Shown here: positions 36,927-50,118 of the stretch, piece after piece
How the letters are laid out: the number at the start of each line of letters is the position of its first letter
Numbering within the stretch: position 1 is the stretch's first letter
Assembly (NCBI RefSeq): GCF_006345805.1
Contig: NC_043012.1
Span: 36,828,001 to 36,892,000, forward strand
Length of the DNA: 64,000 nt
Reading direction: 5' to 3'
From: Octopus sinensis
Taxonomy: Eukaryota
Notes under the pieces: generated by a model
Seen by the model: only the letters and a program-made list of their open reading frames with translations
Told to the model about the DNA's origin: nothing
Databases searched by the model: none
Position numbers and translations under genes: made by a program

Positions 36927-37570
36927 GTAACGAGAACAAGAACAAGAACAATAACAAGAATAGTAATAATAACAACAAAAACAATAGTAATAAAAAAAAA
37001 ATACGCCTCGGATGAGATATGAACTTGGTAAATAAAGGGACCTAAATAAACAGGTTTTGTTCGTTGCTCTGCTGCCTCCCCCGGTTTATCATCCTGACAT
37101 CAATGATTTCTGAGTGAGAGACAAGGTCACATGTTTTGGTGAATGGGGGTGGGGGTGTTTCTGATGAGTTCTATGATCGATTAAAATCGATATCCTATTC
37201 ATGATTGCTACTTCTTTTCTTCATCTCCGAAGTATGAAAATCAAGTTGATCCGAGTGAGATTCGAACGTGGAACTCAGACATAGAACAAGATATTTTATT
37301 TGAATTAACACCGTCAATGTTATCTACAGCCACCATATATATATATATGTGTGAATTACGTAAATATGATGTCGTATACGTCCCTTCGTCAACACACAAT
37401 ATGGAACCCTTACTAATTCAGCTTTAAGAATAATAATTAAAGAAAGATAAACATTTAATTTAATATAAATATTTCATTTTATATTAACCTAACCATAACA
37501 TAAGAAGCTGAAACCCCGATACGCACACAAACACACACATACACGCAATGTATTTATTACACAGTATATG

Positions 37571-37628
<58 letters not shown>

Positions 37629-38516
37629 GAGCAGTCTGTTACAATATATTGTAATGCTCACTATACGTAATCTTAACAAACTATTGAATAGCATCTTGCG
37701 ACAATTCCAATAAAATTTATAATACTATCGCATTAAGACACAGTACACATTTACAAAATACTAATCATATCTCCATTTGAAATAAATTTAAAGTACAGTC
37801 GAAAAGAAAAATCGAGTCTTGACATTATTTTTTGCTTCGACGTGTGAAATGGAAGAAGCAGACGACAAAATTTTCAGTGAATTCCTAGTAGTTGAAAATT
37901 ACAAGTTCAGTGTTTAGCAAGTTGCTGCTGTTTTATAATAGTCCCCCCCCCAAACCAAATGATTGCAGAAATCAATATTTTATCATTAGCTATTTCTGGC
38001 GCATTGCTACAATGCACACAGCCATTGCCCGGGAGTGAGGCGTTCCACTTGATACTATTTCGCCGGCAACACTATACAGTGCAGCAAACTGTCCATGGAT
38101 ACAAACGCGCGCGCGCACGCACACACACAGATATATGCATATATATATATAATATATATCATACATACATACATACATACACATACATATGATTGTATAT
38201 AAATACATACATATACTTACATAAATATTAATATATATGTGTGTGTGTGTGTGTGCCTGTGTAAGTGTGTGTGAATGTATAACATGTATATATGTATATA
38301 TATATATATATATTATATATATATATTATATATATATATTATATATTATACATACACACGCACACAACACACACACATACACACACACATATATATCAAA
38401 TCGGTTGTGCACATGCCTGCACACGTACACGCACGGGTACAGACATGCACGCATTGATATATGCGTAAATACATGTGTGTTATTTGCATGTTTATATGGA
38501 GAAGGCAACACACACA

Positions 38517-38571
<55 letters not shown>

Positions 38572-38638
38572 TTCACAAACTCACAGAAATCTCTTATAAG
38601 TAATTATTAACGTTTGAATATCATCCTAGTCATCATCG

Positions 38639-38672
<34 letters not shown>

Positions 38673-39403
38673 TATCATTATGATCATCATCACCATCGTC
38701 ATCATCTTCGTTATAATTAATTGTAATTATGAGTATTATGCATTTTCAGCAATTTTCAGTAATTCAGTAGACGTTCCAGTAGTAGTCGTAGCATCAGAAC
38801 CGTAGGGAAACTTAATTATGTAGAACTCAATACATACATACTTACATACATACATACATACGTATATACATACATACATACATACATACATACATACAAC
38901 ATACATACATACATACATACATACATACATACATAAATACACACACATATACATACATACGTACGTATACATATCTATATTTATACACACATATACACAT
39001 ATATACATATATGCATATACATACCTCTCTTCTTCCTAGCGCCTAAATATATCATATCTCCCAGTTAACAAGTTCCAGAGTTGTAATGCTGCTACAACCT
39101 TACAATATCTTTCTGAGTAATTTGCATTTCATCACTTGGTTCTTTGATCAAGAATTCCATAAAATATTTTTCGCATTTTCCTCGTACCAGTTACCGTTTG
39201 TTCACAGATTGATTCTACTCTCAACAATTTCTGTTGAATATTTTGAGTAAGCTATATGTCTACAGACAAAATAATAGATAGTGAATTGTAATATGTAATA
39301 TGTAATATGTAAACAAAGTATTTGTTTTAGAATTTTACAACAACCGTAGACACACACAAACACACGCACGCACATACGCACATACGCACACAGAGGCACA
39401 CAC

Positions 39404-39522
<119 letters not shown>

Positions 39523-39639
39523 GCTACCCAGTTACCTTGCTCTGGAATTAACGACGTGAATAACAAGAATACGAAAGACGAAGTGAGAACAGTGTAATTA
39601 TTAGTTTGACACGCAATAAAATGCAAGAAATCAGAAGTG

Positions 39640-39676
39640 TTTCTGACGTTTCAAACTTTAAACCTTCTTCAGAAAT
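39640..39676 (-). ncRNA. Minimal type I hammerhead-like motif with intact core
   Basis: Minus: attt-CTGAAGA-aggtt(taa)agttt-GAAAC-GTC-agaaa; stem II closes with G.U wobbles; stem I only about 3 bp. Confidence 0.45.
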
Positions 39677-42600
39677 TTTGCTAGAAGGAAAAATGTTGAG
39701 GAATACATAGTTGCGTACACACACATGCACTCACACACACACGTATATGTGTGTACATAAATATACATACACACACACACACACACATCATATATATAAA
39801 TGTACATATATATAGTAACAGAGTGACATTATCTTTAAGTTATTTCTAACGTAAAAGCTTCTTTACTTCGCCGCAATTCATTAATGGCGAACGAAGGAAA
39901 AAGCGAAGAATGAAGAATAAAGATTTTCTTCAGCAACTCAAGTGATTATATCTTGATGAGGTAGACACTAAAATTTTCAGTAACACTTGGTATTCTGTAA
40001 GAGAATCGGCAAGAAGTTAAAAAAAAAACAAAAAAAAAAGAAAGAAAGAAAGAAAGAGTACAACTACTTAGAGGTGAAATGTTGTTAAAATATCTCGAAC
40101 GATTCTGTGTTTGAAAGTCGACAATTTTTAGGGGTTGAAGGTAGGTGGTGCAGATTGATGATGTAGGTTACAATGGTAATGATGATGATGATGATAAGGA
40201 GGTAGCAGAGGAAGAGGAGAACGATTGTTCTGATACAACCTACGAATCTATGGCTTTCCTTCATACGCAGACATACCTTGTCGATGTAATCTATGCTTTT
40301 AGTGCCTGTCTATTGTTCTACATTTTGGGAATGTTACAAAACAAAAGGAGAAGAGCTCATGAGACTCAGAATATATGTGATGCGAAGTCAGATACAACAC
40401 CACGAGGTATCATTTAAAAATATTGTCTCCCTTAAAAATATGTGTTTTGGGCTTGGTCGGAAAGGTGTTCTTTTTCATTTCATGAATCAATTTTAAGGAA
40501 GAATTTCTTTCAAAATTGGTCTAATGAAGTAAATCTAAAGGAAAATGGACCTTTTTCAAACGTCTGCACTCCGATATGTCAAGGTAAATATAGCCTGTAA
40601 ATAAAAGGAAATAGGGGGGAAGATTTCGTTCAGAAATAAAGTTTTCAGGCTTTAGATAATAACTGAAAACAGTTCATGTGTTTGTTTGAAGACCGAGCTA
40701 AATTTGACATTCCGTTTTCACTGAAAATAGAATGTTTTTAACACCAAAGTTTATCAAATATTTGAACCTGAAGTCACTATTTTTGTAAAATGATTTTTCT
40801 CTTTTTTCTTTTTGTAATTGAGATCCGGAGTTTGTTCCTCCAAATATGGCAATGTTTATTTTTAACTACCAAATAAAAAATTTTAAATATAAAAATAAAA
40901 ATACCACGAAATAAATGAAAAAGAAACAAAATCCCTTTTTATGTTCTATTTATAAAACCACCAAAAATAGTTTATGGAGAATCTATGAAAGCAGAACCGG
41001 TATTTTGCGAACTGAAGCTGAAATCGAAGACTTGAAGATTTGTGGAATTCAGTCACAATAAAATAGGCGCCATAACCCTTGAACAGTGTTTGTTTCTCAG
41101 CCGAAACAGTTTATTTATAAAACACAAAACCTTTCGTAGGAATAAACCAAAATTTACATTTATATTCGATTTCCATTCCACTTTTATTCATCTAAAGATA
41201 TTGAAAAAAAGGTGGGTGGGGAAAGAAGCTATATGAAGGAAATATATTATTTCCTTCGTGACTGAAATTTTAATGAAAGTGTTTTTGAAATGGAGGGAAA
41301 AAATGGATTATTAAAAAGTTCATTGATTACCCGTTAATATTTAGGAATCATTTATTTATTTAAAGGTAAATATTTTGCAAAAGTAAAGAGATTCATGGCC
41401 TTTTAACCAAATATCCGTTTCTTGATATCAAATGTACATATTTCGTGGAACATTCCAAAGTAGTGTTGTTCTATGATTATTAAATGTAAGATATTGTGGA
41501 AATATTGGTCGAGTGGAAATAAAAGAGTGGACTTCGAGGTGGAAATCGGTTAAATATTTGTCCTAAATCATTTTTTGGTAAAAAGAATTATTGGATTTTG
41601 GTCATTTAAAAAAGAATGAAAAGGCTTAAAAAAGAATAAATATTAAATTGAAATATGCCACTCAAAAGATATATTGAAATTTTAATCCAAGATTTAGTAG
41701 TCATGGACGAGAGGAGACCATGACGTTAAACATCGCTTGATTTCAGGGATAGAAAGTTTTATATAGTATTAAAGCTTCAACAATGTGGACCTACCTCTCC
41801 CAGGGAAATCCAACTGAGAACGTAGACGTTAAATTTACATAAATTTGCATAACAATAATATTTCAAACTGCCGAAAAAATTTTGAACGTTGTACATTTTA
41901 TAAATCTATGCGGTCATTTATGTGCAAATATTGGAGAGAAAAAAAATGAAAATAAAAACGCAAATTCATACCTGAACTCTAATTTTTTTTTCTCATTGAT
42001 CCACTCATGTAAGACTCTCTCTCTTCATCTGTTTATCTAACAGATCATCTATCTCTTGTTTACTAAGCCATCCATCAATCCGTCCATCCACCCACCCATC
42101 CATCCATCCATTTATTCTTGTCATTCCTCACTCTGCTCATTAACCAATCAATCCCTTTCCCCCCACACTCATCACCCCACCCACCCTTTTTCTGTTCAGT
42201 TATACTTACATCCATTACAACGAACCGATCTGTTTTAATGCTCTCCGCCTCCGTTTCCACCTCCCCCCAAACTTTCAGCGGCTTTCTTGAGAACCGTATG
42301 AAGTAAAATTATAAAAAAAAAAAAATAACAAAAGCCCAACAAAAAATTGTATTTCCTCAAGTCATCTATTTGAGGGAGGGGATGGTGGGGGGTGCGGTGG
42401 GGGTGTAATATATGTAATGTCAAAAAATAGAAATGTCCGGTAAAAAGAATCATCGTAATAGATAGATTGATTGATCATTGGTTAAAGATTGATCTCCGAG
42501 AGACAAATATGAATGATCAGGCCATGTTGCAACATGTTATAGACTTTCACAATGGTATCTCTTGGTAAAAACACCGAAAAAATATACAGAGTTATTAGTA

Positions 42601-43253
42601 AATTATGATTATTATTATTATTATTATTATTACAATTCGTGCATTTTAAAAAAAGAAGGCTACCAGTTCTATCTTTGTATATCAATCTGTCATGTCGTCT
42701 GCTTATCTACCAATCTACTTACCTATCTATCTCAGTCTATATAACCATCTGTATATCTGGCTATCTAGCTATCTATCTGTCTATCCATCTATCTATTTAT
42801 CAGTCTCTGTGTCTGACTGTTTGTTTGTCTGTCTGTCTGTGTGTCTATCGATTTAATTTTCGTTAAATGCATTAAGACGAGTCTATCTGCGTTGCTTTGT
42901 CGCATTTGTCGGTTTTCTTGTCGTCTGTGAATCTGTGCGAACAGATGCTGAAAGGTGTATATAAAAAAAGTATGTTGCAATTACGGCTGTTTCTATGTAT
43001 TTAGATGTATATGTGTACGTGTGAAGATTTTTGTTTTGTATCTGAAAGAATATATATATGCATGCATACGCATATACACATACATATATTCATATACATA
43101 TATACATATATATGTACGTATATATATATATATATATACATATATGTATATATATATATTTATACATACATACAAGCATCTGTGTATATACATATGTACA
43201 CATAAACGTATAGTATATACGTATATATATATAATATATATATGTACATATAT

Positions 43254-43307
<54 letters not shown>

Positions 43308-43335
43308 ATATATATATATATATCTATATTATATA

Positions 43336-43406
<71 letters not shown>

Positions 43407-44239
43407 TAATATCTGTGTGAATATATTTATTTAAAAATACACCCTTTAATACACTAAAAGTGCAAATGAGTAAGTGAAATTTTTATACTTTTTCCCCCAC
43501 CATTAAATATATTTTTGAAAGAGGTCAAGGGCGAGAGAAAGGCTTCCAAGAACTTCTCAATTCTTCCAAACATTCCACCATTATGATTGAGGAAAAAATT
43601 GTCTTTTTATTGAGTTTATGCAAATTAGACACACACACACACACACACACACGCGCGCGCGCACAAATAACAAGACTATTGCAAAAGTTGTTGGCATTTC
43701 ACCTTGGCAAGTGTGTTGAATTATTATTTCTTTTTTCAGTAAAAGAACTGGTGAAACTCTTTTACCTTCAATTAGTGACAAAGGAATATTCAATTGAATG
43801 CCCTGAAATAAATACACAAATAATAAAAGTTGCTTGAGACGGAGGGTTTTTAAGAAACCAACTGCCGTATTAGCTCTAATGTTTGGAATTGTCTAATAAA
43901 AACTGCTTAAGAGAGATAGAAAAAAAGAACGATTTTTTAAATTTTAAGTTCATTTTGTGCTGTTTAATATTTAGTTACAGCATCCAATTCTGGAAAGATC
44001 GAGGAAAATATAACCTTAAAATCAAATTTTTAGTCATTTTTCTGTTTCAAAACCATGCAGAAGAAATTGAAAGTTTAAAATTTTTTTTCTTTGTTACAAA
44101 TACTATTTCCCTGAAAAAATAACGAGAAAAAAAAGACAGAGAAAAAGACATAAAAAACATTATTTTTGATTTTATTTCTTGCTTTACGAATTTTGAAATA
44201 AAAGCAAAAACAATATTAGTGTTCAGAACTAACAAAATA

Positions 44240-44318
<79 letters not shown>

Positions 44319-44438
44319 TGTATATATATATATGTATATATATGTATATATATATGTATATATATGTATATACATATATATATATGTATTATATATGTAT
44401 ATATATGTATATATATGTATGTGTGTATATATATATAC

Positions 44439-44480
<42 letters not shown>

Positions 44481-45553
44481 TATAAACAATAAGAATTTTC
44501 GCAAAACCGGATGTCCGGTCTCAAGACAAAGACATCACGTGCTCTTCGTGTTAAAACATGTTCATTTTTAATAAATAACATATATTTCTGATCTTCATTG
44601 ATACAATTGATTTTCTGTTTAAGCACAGATAGAAAATAAAACAAATGAAACGACAGCGTTTGTTCCCCAACCGCCATCTTGGTGCTCCTAAAATGGTGTT
44701 CACACGAATGTACATGGTGACAATAATTTAAAACTCCCAAGATTTAAAAAAGGATTTCTCCCTTATTCAAAAAACATTGTATATATATAATTAATATATA
44801 TATATATATATACATTAAAGAAGATAGGCTTTTTTTAATGAATTTTTTTCTTCCAATATCATTTTAAATTAATATCAACAATGAAATAGCAAGGTTAATA
44901 GCATTCTTAATAAGATTAAACAAATTCTTCAAATTTCTTCTAATGCAATCGGATTAAAATGTTCAATCATTTTGTTGTTTGTAAACAACAAAATTCAGTT
45001 CAATGCTATGTGAATTTAAAAAAAAAAACCAACAATATTTTAATCAGTTTAAAAATCAACAATCCAGTGAGTATCGATCATCATAGGAACAGGACATTAT
45101 AAAAGACAGAGAAGATTAGAGAAATAAGAAAAGATTCGATCACTACATTGTAGTAAGTCTTCGATTTCTTGGAAGTACGGTGACATAAAAATGTGTGATA
45201 AACAAGAATTACGAAACACACGGACAAGTCTGCTTTTTTTTTCCAACATATTGTTGCATATGTATATCACAGTTAACCATTATAGCTGAAAGGTAATTCA
45301 TACCATGGAATACCTCCGTGGGACATCATGTAAAAGAAAAAAAAAACAATAAAAAGGAAAGAATAAAGGAAAAAATATTTAAAAAAATAATAATGACACA
45401 ACCAAATTTTAAAAAAAATTGTTAATAAATATAGAAAGAACAAAAATATATTTACACAATGATTAAAAAAAAACAGATTTGGTGTCTTAAAAAACACTTC
45501 CAATTATTGCATTCTAAACATAAACCAAATGCGAATGATAATAATAATAATAA

Positions 45554-45609
<56 letters not shown>

Positions 45610-45690
45610 CAACAATAATAATAGTAATAATAATAATAATAATAATAATGGTGATGATGAGAATGATGATAATATAATAATGATGATGAT

Positions 45691-45742
<52 letters not shown>

Positions 45743-45994
45743 TAATAATAATAATAAAAGCATAATTTAAAATAACTCCCTATTTTATATAATTTCGTTG
45801 ACCTGTTCAGAAGAAAATCTGACATATGTATATACACACAAACACATAACCCACGACATGCTCTCCCCACACCGCGTTCACACGATCAGACACACATGCA
45901 CAGACACACAAACACACACACATATATATACACATATACGAATACATATACATACATACATACATACATACATACATACATACATACATACATA

Positions 45995-46065
<71 letters not shown>

Positions 46066-46096
46066 CATATGTATATATATATATACATACATATAT

Positions 46097-46128
<32 letters not shown>

Positions 46129-46439
46129 TATATATATTTGTGCACACATATATACGTGGGTCGGTGTTTGATAATACATACATATTGTATATACACACAT
46201 ATAATATGGATAGCTGTGTAAATAAAAAAGAATAGCTTCGAAAGTGAAACTACATCATTGTCAGACATTGAAAAAAAAAAAAATGAAAGAAAAATAAATA
46301 CAGTGGTAAAACTATCGGTATAAGAAGCTATAAAGCTTTCTTTGGTGGCCAACACTGCATGGAAAGTCAGTCACATCTACGACAACGTATGTCTGTTCCG
46401 TAACAACTCCATGTTACACGCACGTGATTACTGGGCTCT

Positions 46440-47105
46440 ATGTATGTATGTATGTATGTATGTATGTATGTATGTATGTATGTATGTATGTATGTATGTA
46501 TGTATTATGTATGTGTTGTATGTATGTATGCATGTATGTATGTATGTATGTATGTATGATGTTGTATGTATGTATGTATGTATGCATGCATGTATGTTGT
46601 ATGTATGTATGTACGTGTATGTATGTGTGTATGTATGTATGTATGTGCATGTATGTATGTATGCATGCATGTATGTATGTTATGCATGTATGTATGTAAG
46701 AGCATGTATGCATGTAGTATGTATGTATGTAAGTATGCATGTATGTATGTTGTATGTAGCATGCAGTATGTTGTATGTATGTACGTATGTATGTATGTGT
46801 GTATGTATGTATGTATGTATGCATGTATGTATGTATGCATGCTGTATGTATGTATGCATGTATGTATGTAAGATGCATGTATGCATGTATGTATGTAGTA
46901 TGTAAGTATGCATGTATGTATGTATGTATGTATGTATGCATGTATGTATATATGTATGTACGTATGTATGTATGTATGCATGTATGTATGTATGTATGTT
47001 GTAGTATGTATGTGTATGTATGTAGTATGTAGTATGTATGTACGTGTGTGTATGTATTATGATGTATGTATGTATGTATGTATGTATGTATGTATGTATG
47101 TATGT
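46440..47105. repeat. Large degenerate (TGTA)n microsatellite
   Basis: About 660 bp imperfect tetranucleotide array; source of many spurious ORFs. Confidence 0.95.
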
Positions 47106-47162
47106 CAGTATTCAGTTTATTTCAAGATTTCTTGCCAACAGAGAAAGAACCGGTTTCTAACC

Positions 47163-47716
47163 TACACAGGAAGTAAATAGACACCTTTAATTTTCAAAAT
47201 TTCTCATCTAAGCGTCTTAATATGTTTTCAGCGGTGTAGAATTTACAATGTAATTATTCTTTTTCACTCCAGGTGCCATTATATTAAACATTTCCGAAGA
47301 GTAACCATGCCACGCACAAAAATTCAGCAGAACTGTCAAATTTTCAAAGCGGTCGTATTGTTGGGGAATCTGAGGCTGGTCTTAGACAGCGAAAAATTGC
47401 CGAAAATCTTGAAATTCGTTTTGCTACTATTAATAGAATTATAGTGCAATTCAAAAGCCAAGGAACAGATTCTCGTCCCGGCCGACCTGGGCCCTCGGAA
47501 AGGAAGCTTCGCTGTTTCAAGAGAATTGTGGAAAACGAACCCCGTTCGATGGCTTCTGATATTGCAAAACAGCTAGAAGTTAATCCAAGAACGTGTGTTA
47601 CATATCTGCATAAGCTTGAGTATTATGGACGAACAGCTAGAAGAAAACCTCTCTTTCAACCACTTGATATCAAATCAAAGATTTTGAAAATTAAAGGTGT
47701 CTATTTACTTCCTGCA
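47163..47716 (+). mobile_element. Internally deleted Tc1/mariner element with 34-bp TIRs and the N-terminal DNA-binding region
   Basis: TIR caggaagtaaatagacacctttaattttcaaaat (47167-47200) and its exact inverse (47681-47714); ATG at about 47307, then after an early frameshift [42 protein letters not shown]; no DDE domain. Confidence 0.9.
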
Positions 47717-47947
47717 TGTCTGTGTCAATCCAAGGCTCCTTCATTGGTATTTCAACATCAACAACAGGGTATTTTTGTATGCATGTATGTATTTATGTGT
47801 GCATGTATGTATGTACGTGTGAATGTATAATAGATATGTATACATATGTGTGTGTGTTTATGCTTCTTTTGTATGCATGTGCGCATATACATCTATGTAT
47901 CTATGTGAGTATGTCTGCATGAAAAGCAGACCAAGTTTTGTTTTTAT

Positions 47948-48105
47948 CTGATCCGATTTTTAATTAAACTGAATTTAACTGATCCGACTTTTAGTTGATT
48001 AGGCTTTGAGTTGATTCAACTCTTCGTTGATCTAATGTTTAGTTGAACAGTCTTTCAGCCGATTCGACTTTTGGCTGATCCAGGCTTTAGTCGAACAAAC
48101 TTTAA
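47948..48105. repeat. Degenerate ~16-bp minisatellite
   Basis: Units ctgatccgacttttag / ttgattaggctttgag / ttgatctaatgtttag / ctgatccaggctttag. Confidence 0.6.
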
Positions 48106-48248
48106 TTGAAAAATAAGTGCAACATTTCAAATGAAATGTTTGTACTCTATACACAAGCACATAAATGATGATATCCACATATATACAATACTCACACATA
48201 TGTGTACATATATATGTGTGTATATATGTATATATATATATATGCACA

Positions 48249-48363
<115 letters not shown>

Positions 48364-48483
48364 GTGCCCAACGATGGTTTAGCTGGGCGAAATATCGAAG
48401 TCACTGCGAAAAGTATTCTTGCTTAATAATTATAAATTTGAGCTCTACAAAAGTATTGAGTAAATCATAAGAGTAATCTAAAA

Positions 48484-48730
48484 TTGGAGTAAAGATTGTT
48501 TGCCAACATAACATGGCAGTCCTGGTTGAGGACGAATGTTGCTGTAATTTAGCCCCAGGAGACCGCATCTCCAGCTGGCTATACGACACTATCTGTGTCC
48601 TTATATTTTCGAAGGACACATATCGTGTCGTATAACCAACTGGAGACGACGTCTCCTGGTGCTAAATTACAGCAACATTCGTCCTCAATCAGGACTGCAT
48701 TGTTATGTTGGCAAACAATCTTTACTCCAA
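48484..48730. mobile_element. Long palindromic foldback (MITE-like), arms about 119 bp
   Basis: ttggagtaaagattgtttgccaacataac..tgtgtcctt / aaggacaca..gttatgttggcaaacaatctttactccaa, 9-nt loop, scattered mismatches. Confidence 0.85.
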
Positions 48731-49496
48731 AGTATTGTTGCTGAATATCTTTCGTTGAGAGATTTACAAATAGTAATTTTCTAATCTAAGATTATATTTT
48801 ATTATAACTGAACATAAACACACACGCACATAAATTTTTGTTTTTCTGTTGATTTACAGTAAAACACTCACACCCAGGCACATGCATACTCTCACACATA
48901 CCTACGCATTTATATTTATATACATATTTATTTATATACGGTGGCTTGACAATATATGCAATGTTGACATTTATAGTAAAATGTTTGCAAGCCAAACGTT
49001 ATAAGGAGGCTGAGATGGTGTGTGTGTGTCTGTCTGTGTTTTGTGAGAAAACAAGGCTTACATCTTACATTCATTGAAATAAAAAGTTCAACAAATAAGT
49101 GTATTGAAAGGAACATTTGTCATAAATCGATGGATGTGCATTGTTTAGAAGACAAGCAACTTGATCTCTGTTCATCGATTGGGTTGTTAACCAATCGATT
49201 TTGATTGGACAACAGACCAATTGATCACTTCATTGAATGGTTGGTCAATGGAGCTTTCTTGAATTATCATTAATTGGTTGGTTGTTGAACCAATTAGGAA
49301 GCAACCTGGCTAATTACTATCACAGACCTTAATTAGCGCAAAACACTAACGCTTCCTTCTTCTATATTTCCAGTCGGCGTGCGTGTGTATCCTTTCCATG
49401 CTGAAAGTGCATATGGATGTATGACTACCTAGCTAAGAGAGTATGTATGTACATACATGTGCATGTGTGTGTGTGTGCATGTGTGTGTGTGTATGT

Positions 49497-49536
<40 letters not shown>

Positions 49537-49833
49537 GTGTGTGTGTGTGTGCGTGCCTGCTGTATTCTACAATACTTGACTCCTTGATGTTTCTCAACTG
49601 CAATTTTATCATTCTAAAAGTTGTCTGCCAGAAGCGGCAGTTCCAAGAGACCTGTAGATCTCATACATTAGGGAAAGTTCTTAGTGATATATCTTTCAAT
49701 TCCTAAATCCCTGAATTTCATTTGAATATTGGTTGATCAGATAATCTCTTTATCAGTTTCGTTGTCATTATTATCATTATTATTATTTTCACTCAACAGA
49801 TTAGACTGTTGGAAAAGAAAAAAAAATCCTAAC

Positions 49834-50118
49834 ATCGGGCCAGAACAAGTAACCTTAGATGCCAAGAACCCTCCTAGGTATTCTAGATGTCCCTAAAAAA
49901 CACTGTTTTCTGGAGCTGTACTAAACTGGGTTTCATGCCTATTTCCTCTATCCGTCTGTTCAGATCTTTAGGGATAGTTCCCAATGGATCTGAACAGATG
50001 GATAGAGGAAATAGGCATAAAACCCAGTTTAGTACAATCACAGAAAACATTGTTATTAGGGACATCTAGGATACTTAGGAGGGTTCTTGGCATCTAGGGT
50101 TACTTGTTGTAGCCCGAT
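49834..50118. mobile_element. Head-to-head inverted pair of R4/Dong-type 3' ends
   Basis: Right arm (+) DLNRWIEEIGIKPSLVQSQKTLLLGTSRILRRVLGI* then (TAA)n; left arm (-) LGTIPKDLNRRIEEIGMKPSLVQLQKTVFF; arms about 133 bp, 20-nt spacer. Confidence 0.85.

Noticed and set aside
40145-40417. 90-aa ORF with an acidic run
   Set aside because: Acidic part derives from (GAT)n/(GAG)n; no homology or splice support.
44444-44740. Minus ORF with CEHHF, reminiscent of a THAP C-x2-H-F motif
   Set aside because: Spacing is wrong, other THAP residues are missing, and the ORF runs into (TA)n.
46342-46981. Long ORFs (158-187 aa) rich in MYVC/HTYI
   Set aside because: Translations of the (TGTA)n microsatellite. 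The same applies to most track ORFs over TA/CA/TACA/TATC/TAA repeats, e.g. 3587-4060, 21692-22060, 51184-51753, 57857-58438, 62013-62498.
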